A stretch of DNA of 64,000 nt from an uncultured Acidobacteriota bacterium. GTDB lineage: Bacteria > Acidobacteriota > Polarisedimenticolia > J045. Both the position numbers and the translations under genes were made by a program. The DNA is taken from NCBI GenBank assembly GCA_963702425.1, contig CAVPCQ010000005.1, positions 1 through 64,000 on the forward strand. Direction: 5' to 3'. Numbering within the stretch: the stretch's first letter is position 1; each line of letters starts with the position of its first letter. A model generated the notes under the pieces. That model worked only from the letters and a program-made list of their open reading frames with translations, did not search any database and was not told the DNA's origin. Shown here piece by piece: positions 63,337 through 64,000 of the stretch.

Positions 63337-63678
63337 CTACTGCGCGGCGCGGGCGACCGCGGCGTCGAGATCGTCGAGCACGGGGACCAGGATGTCGACG
63401 CGCGTCAGGGCGATCAGGTCGCGCGGCTTGCCGCGCGGGCGCGCCAGCACGAGCGAGCCGCCGCGCTCGCGGCAACGGCGCCGCGCGGCGACGATCTCGC
63501 CGAGACCGGCCGAGTCGAGGAAGTGGACCGCCTCCAGGTCGAGCACCAGGCGCGCCACGCCGCGGTCGAGTACTTCCTGCACGACTTTCCGGAAGTCGTC
63601 GGCGTGCGGTCCGGCGTCGAGGCTGCCGGCGATCGAGAGGATGCCGACCTCGCCGCGCTCTTCGAAGCGGGCCTGCAC
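63337..63678 (-). CDS. STAS anti-anti-sigma factor (RsbV/SpoIIAA-like)
   Basis: LVLDLEAVHFLDSAGLG with the phosphorylatable Ser. Confidence 0.88.
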   Translation of the reverse strand: MQARFEERGEVGILSIAGSLDAGPHADDFRKVVQEVLDRGVARLVLDLEAVHFLDSAGLGEIVAARRRCRERGGSLVLARPRGKPRDLIALTRVDILVPVLDDLDAAVARAAQ

Positions 63679-63689
63679 CGCCCCCCCAC

Positions 63690-64000
63690 CTAGGCGCTGG
63701 CGCCCGCCGCGAGCGCGGGGCGGCGCTTGACGAGGACCAGTTCCATCCCCGGCGACCGGCGGTGGAAGCGCACCTCGTCGACCAGCGTGCGGATCAGGAA
63801 CAGGCCGCGGCCGGAAGACTTGAGGATGTTCTCCGGCTGCGTCGGGTCGGGCACTGCCTGCGGGTCGAACCCGTGCCCGCGGTCGCGGACCACGATCGTG
63901 ACCCGCTCGACCGACCCGGTGATCTCGACGTCGATCGGCAGGCGCGGATCGAGCCCGTTGCCGTGTTTCATGGCATTGACGGCCCCCTCGCGCATCGCGA
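63690..64000 (-). CDS. Anti-sigma factor Ser kinase (RsbW-like), 5' end outside window
   Basis: EGAVNAMKHGN, VRDRGHGFD, GRGLFLI..LVDEV. Confidence 0.88.
   Translation of the reverse strand, partial: AMREGAVNAMKHGNGLDPRLPIDVEITGSVERVTIVVRDRGHGFDPQAVPDPTQPENILKSSGRGLFLIRTLVDEVRFHRRSPGMELVLVKRRPALAAGASA

Overview
Very GC-rich, densely coding bacterial chromosome segment, most likely Acidobacteriota (inferred from an Acidobacterial-type VWA protein, a TonB-dependent receptor with an N-terminal carboxypeptidase-like domain, and many TPR and GT-C proteins). It holds about 50 genes and tRNA-Ser(TGA). Recognisable housekeeping genes include smc, mutS, gap, pdxH, a fabH-like KAS III, HU, a LolA-like carrier, a polyprenyl synthase and an ABC-F ATPase. 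No integrase, transposase, prophage or CRISPR array was seen. Several genes carry single-base frameshifts typical of unpolished long-read consensus. Main signals: (1) a secreted DUF1573-type protein with an in-frame UGA at a conserved Cys position (PG-U-GCT), followed by a SECIS-like hairpin, i.e. a probable selenoprotein that the ORF track splits in two; (2) a PP2C phosphatase / LytS kinase / LytTR regulator operon whose phosphatase and kinase share the same 4-TM input domain, with LytTR-like direct repeats before the operon and before a downstream bactofilin-like membrane gene; (3) a bacterial topoisomerase VI subunit A with no top6B in the window; (4) three sigma28-like promoters (TCAAG-N14-[G/T]CCGA) before HD-GYP, HDOD and an unannotated 68-aa ORF; (5) a divergent GAPDH paralog coupled to canonical gap; (6) a symmetric 4xCX3C secreted miniprotein; (7) apparent pseudo-ATPase and pseudo-CHAT proteins. 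Family assignments come from motif recognition, not database searches.
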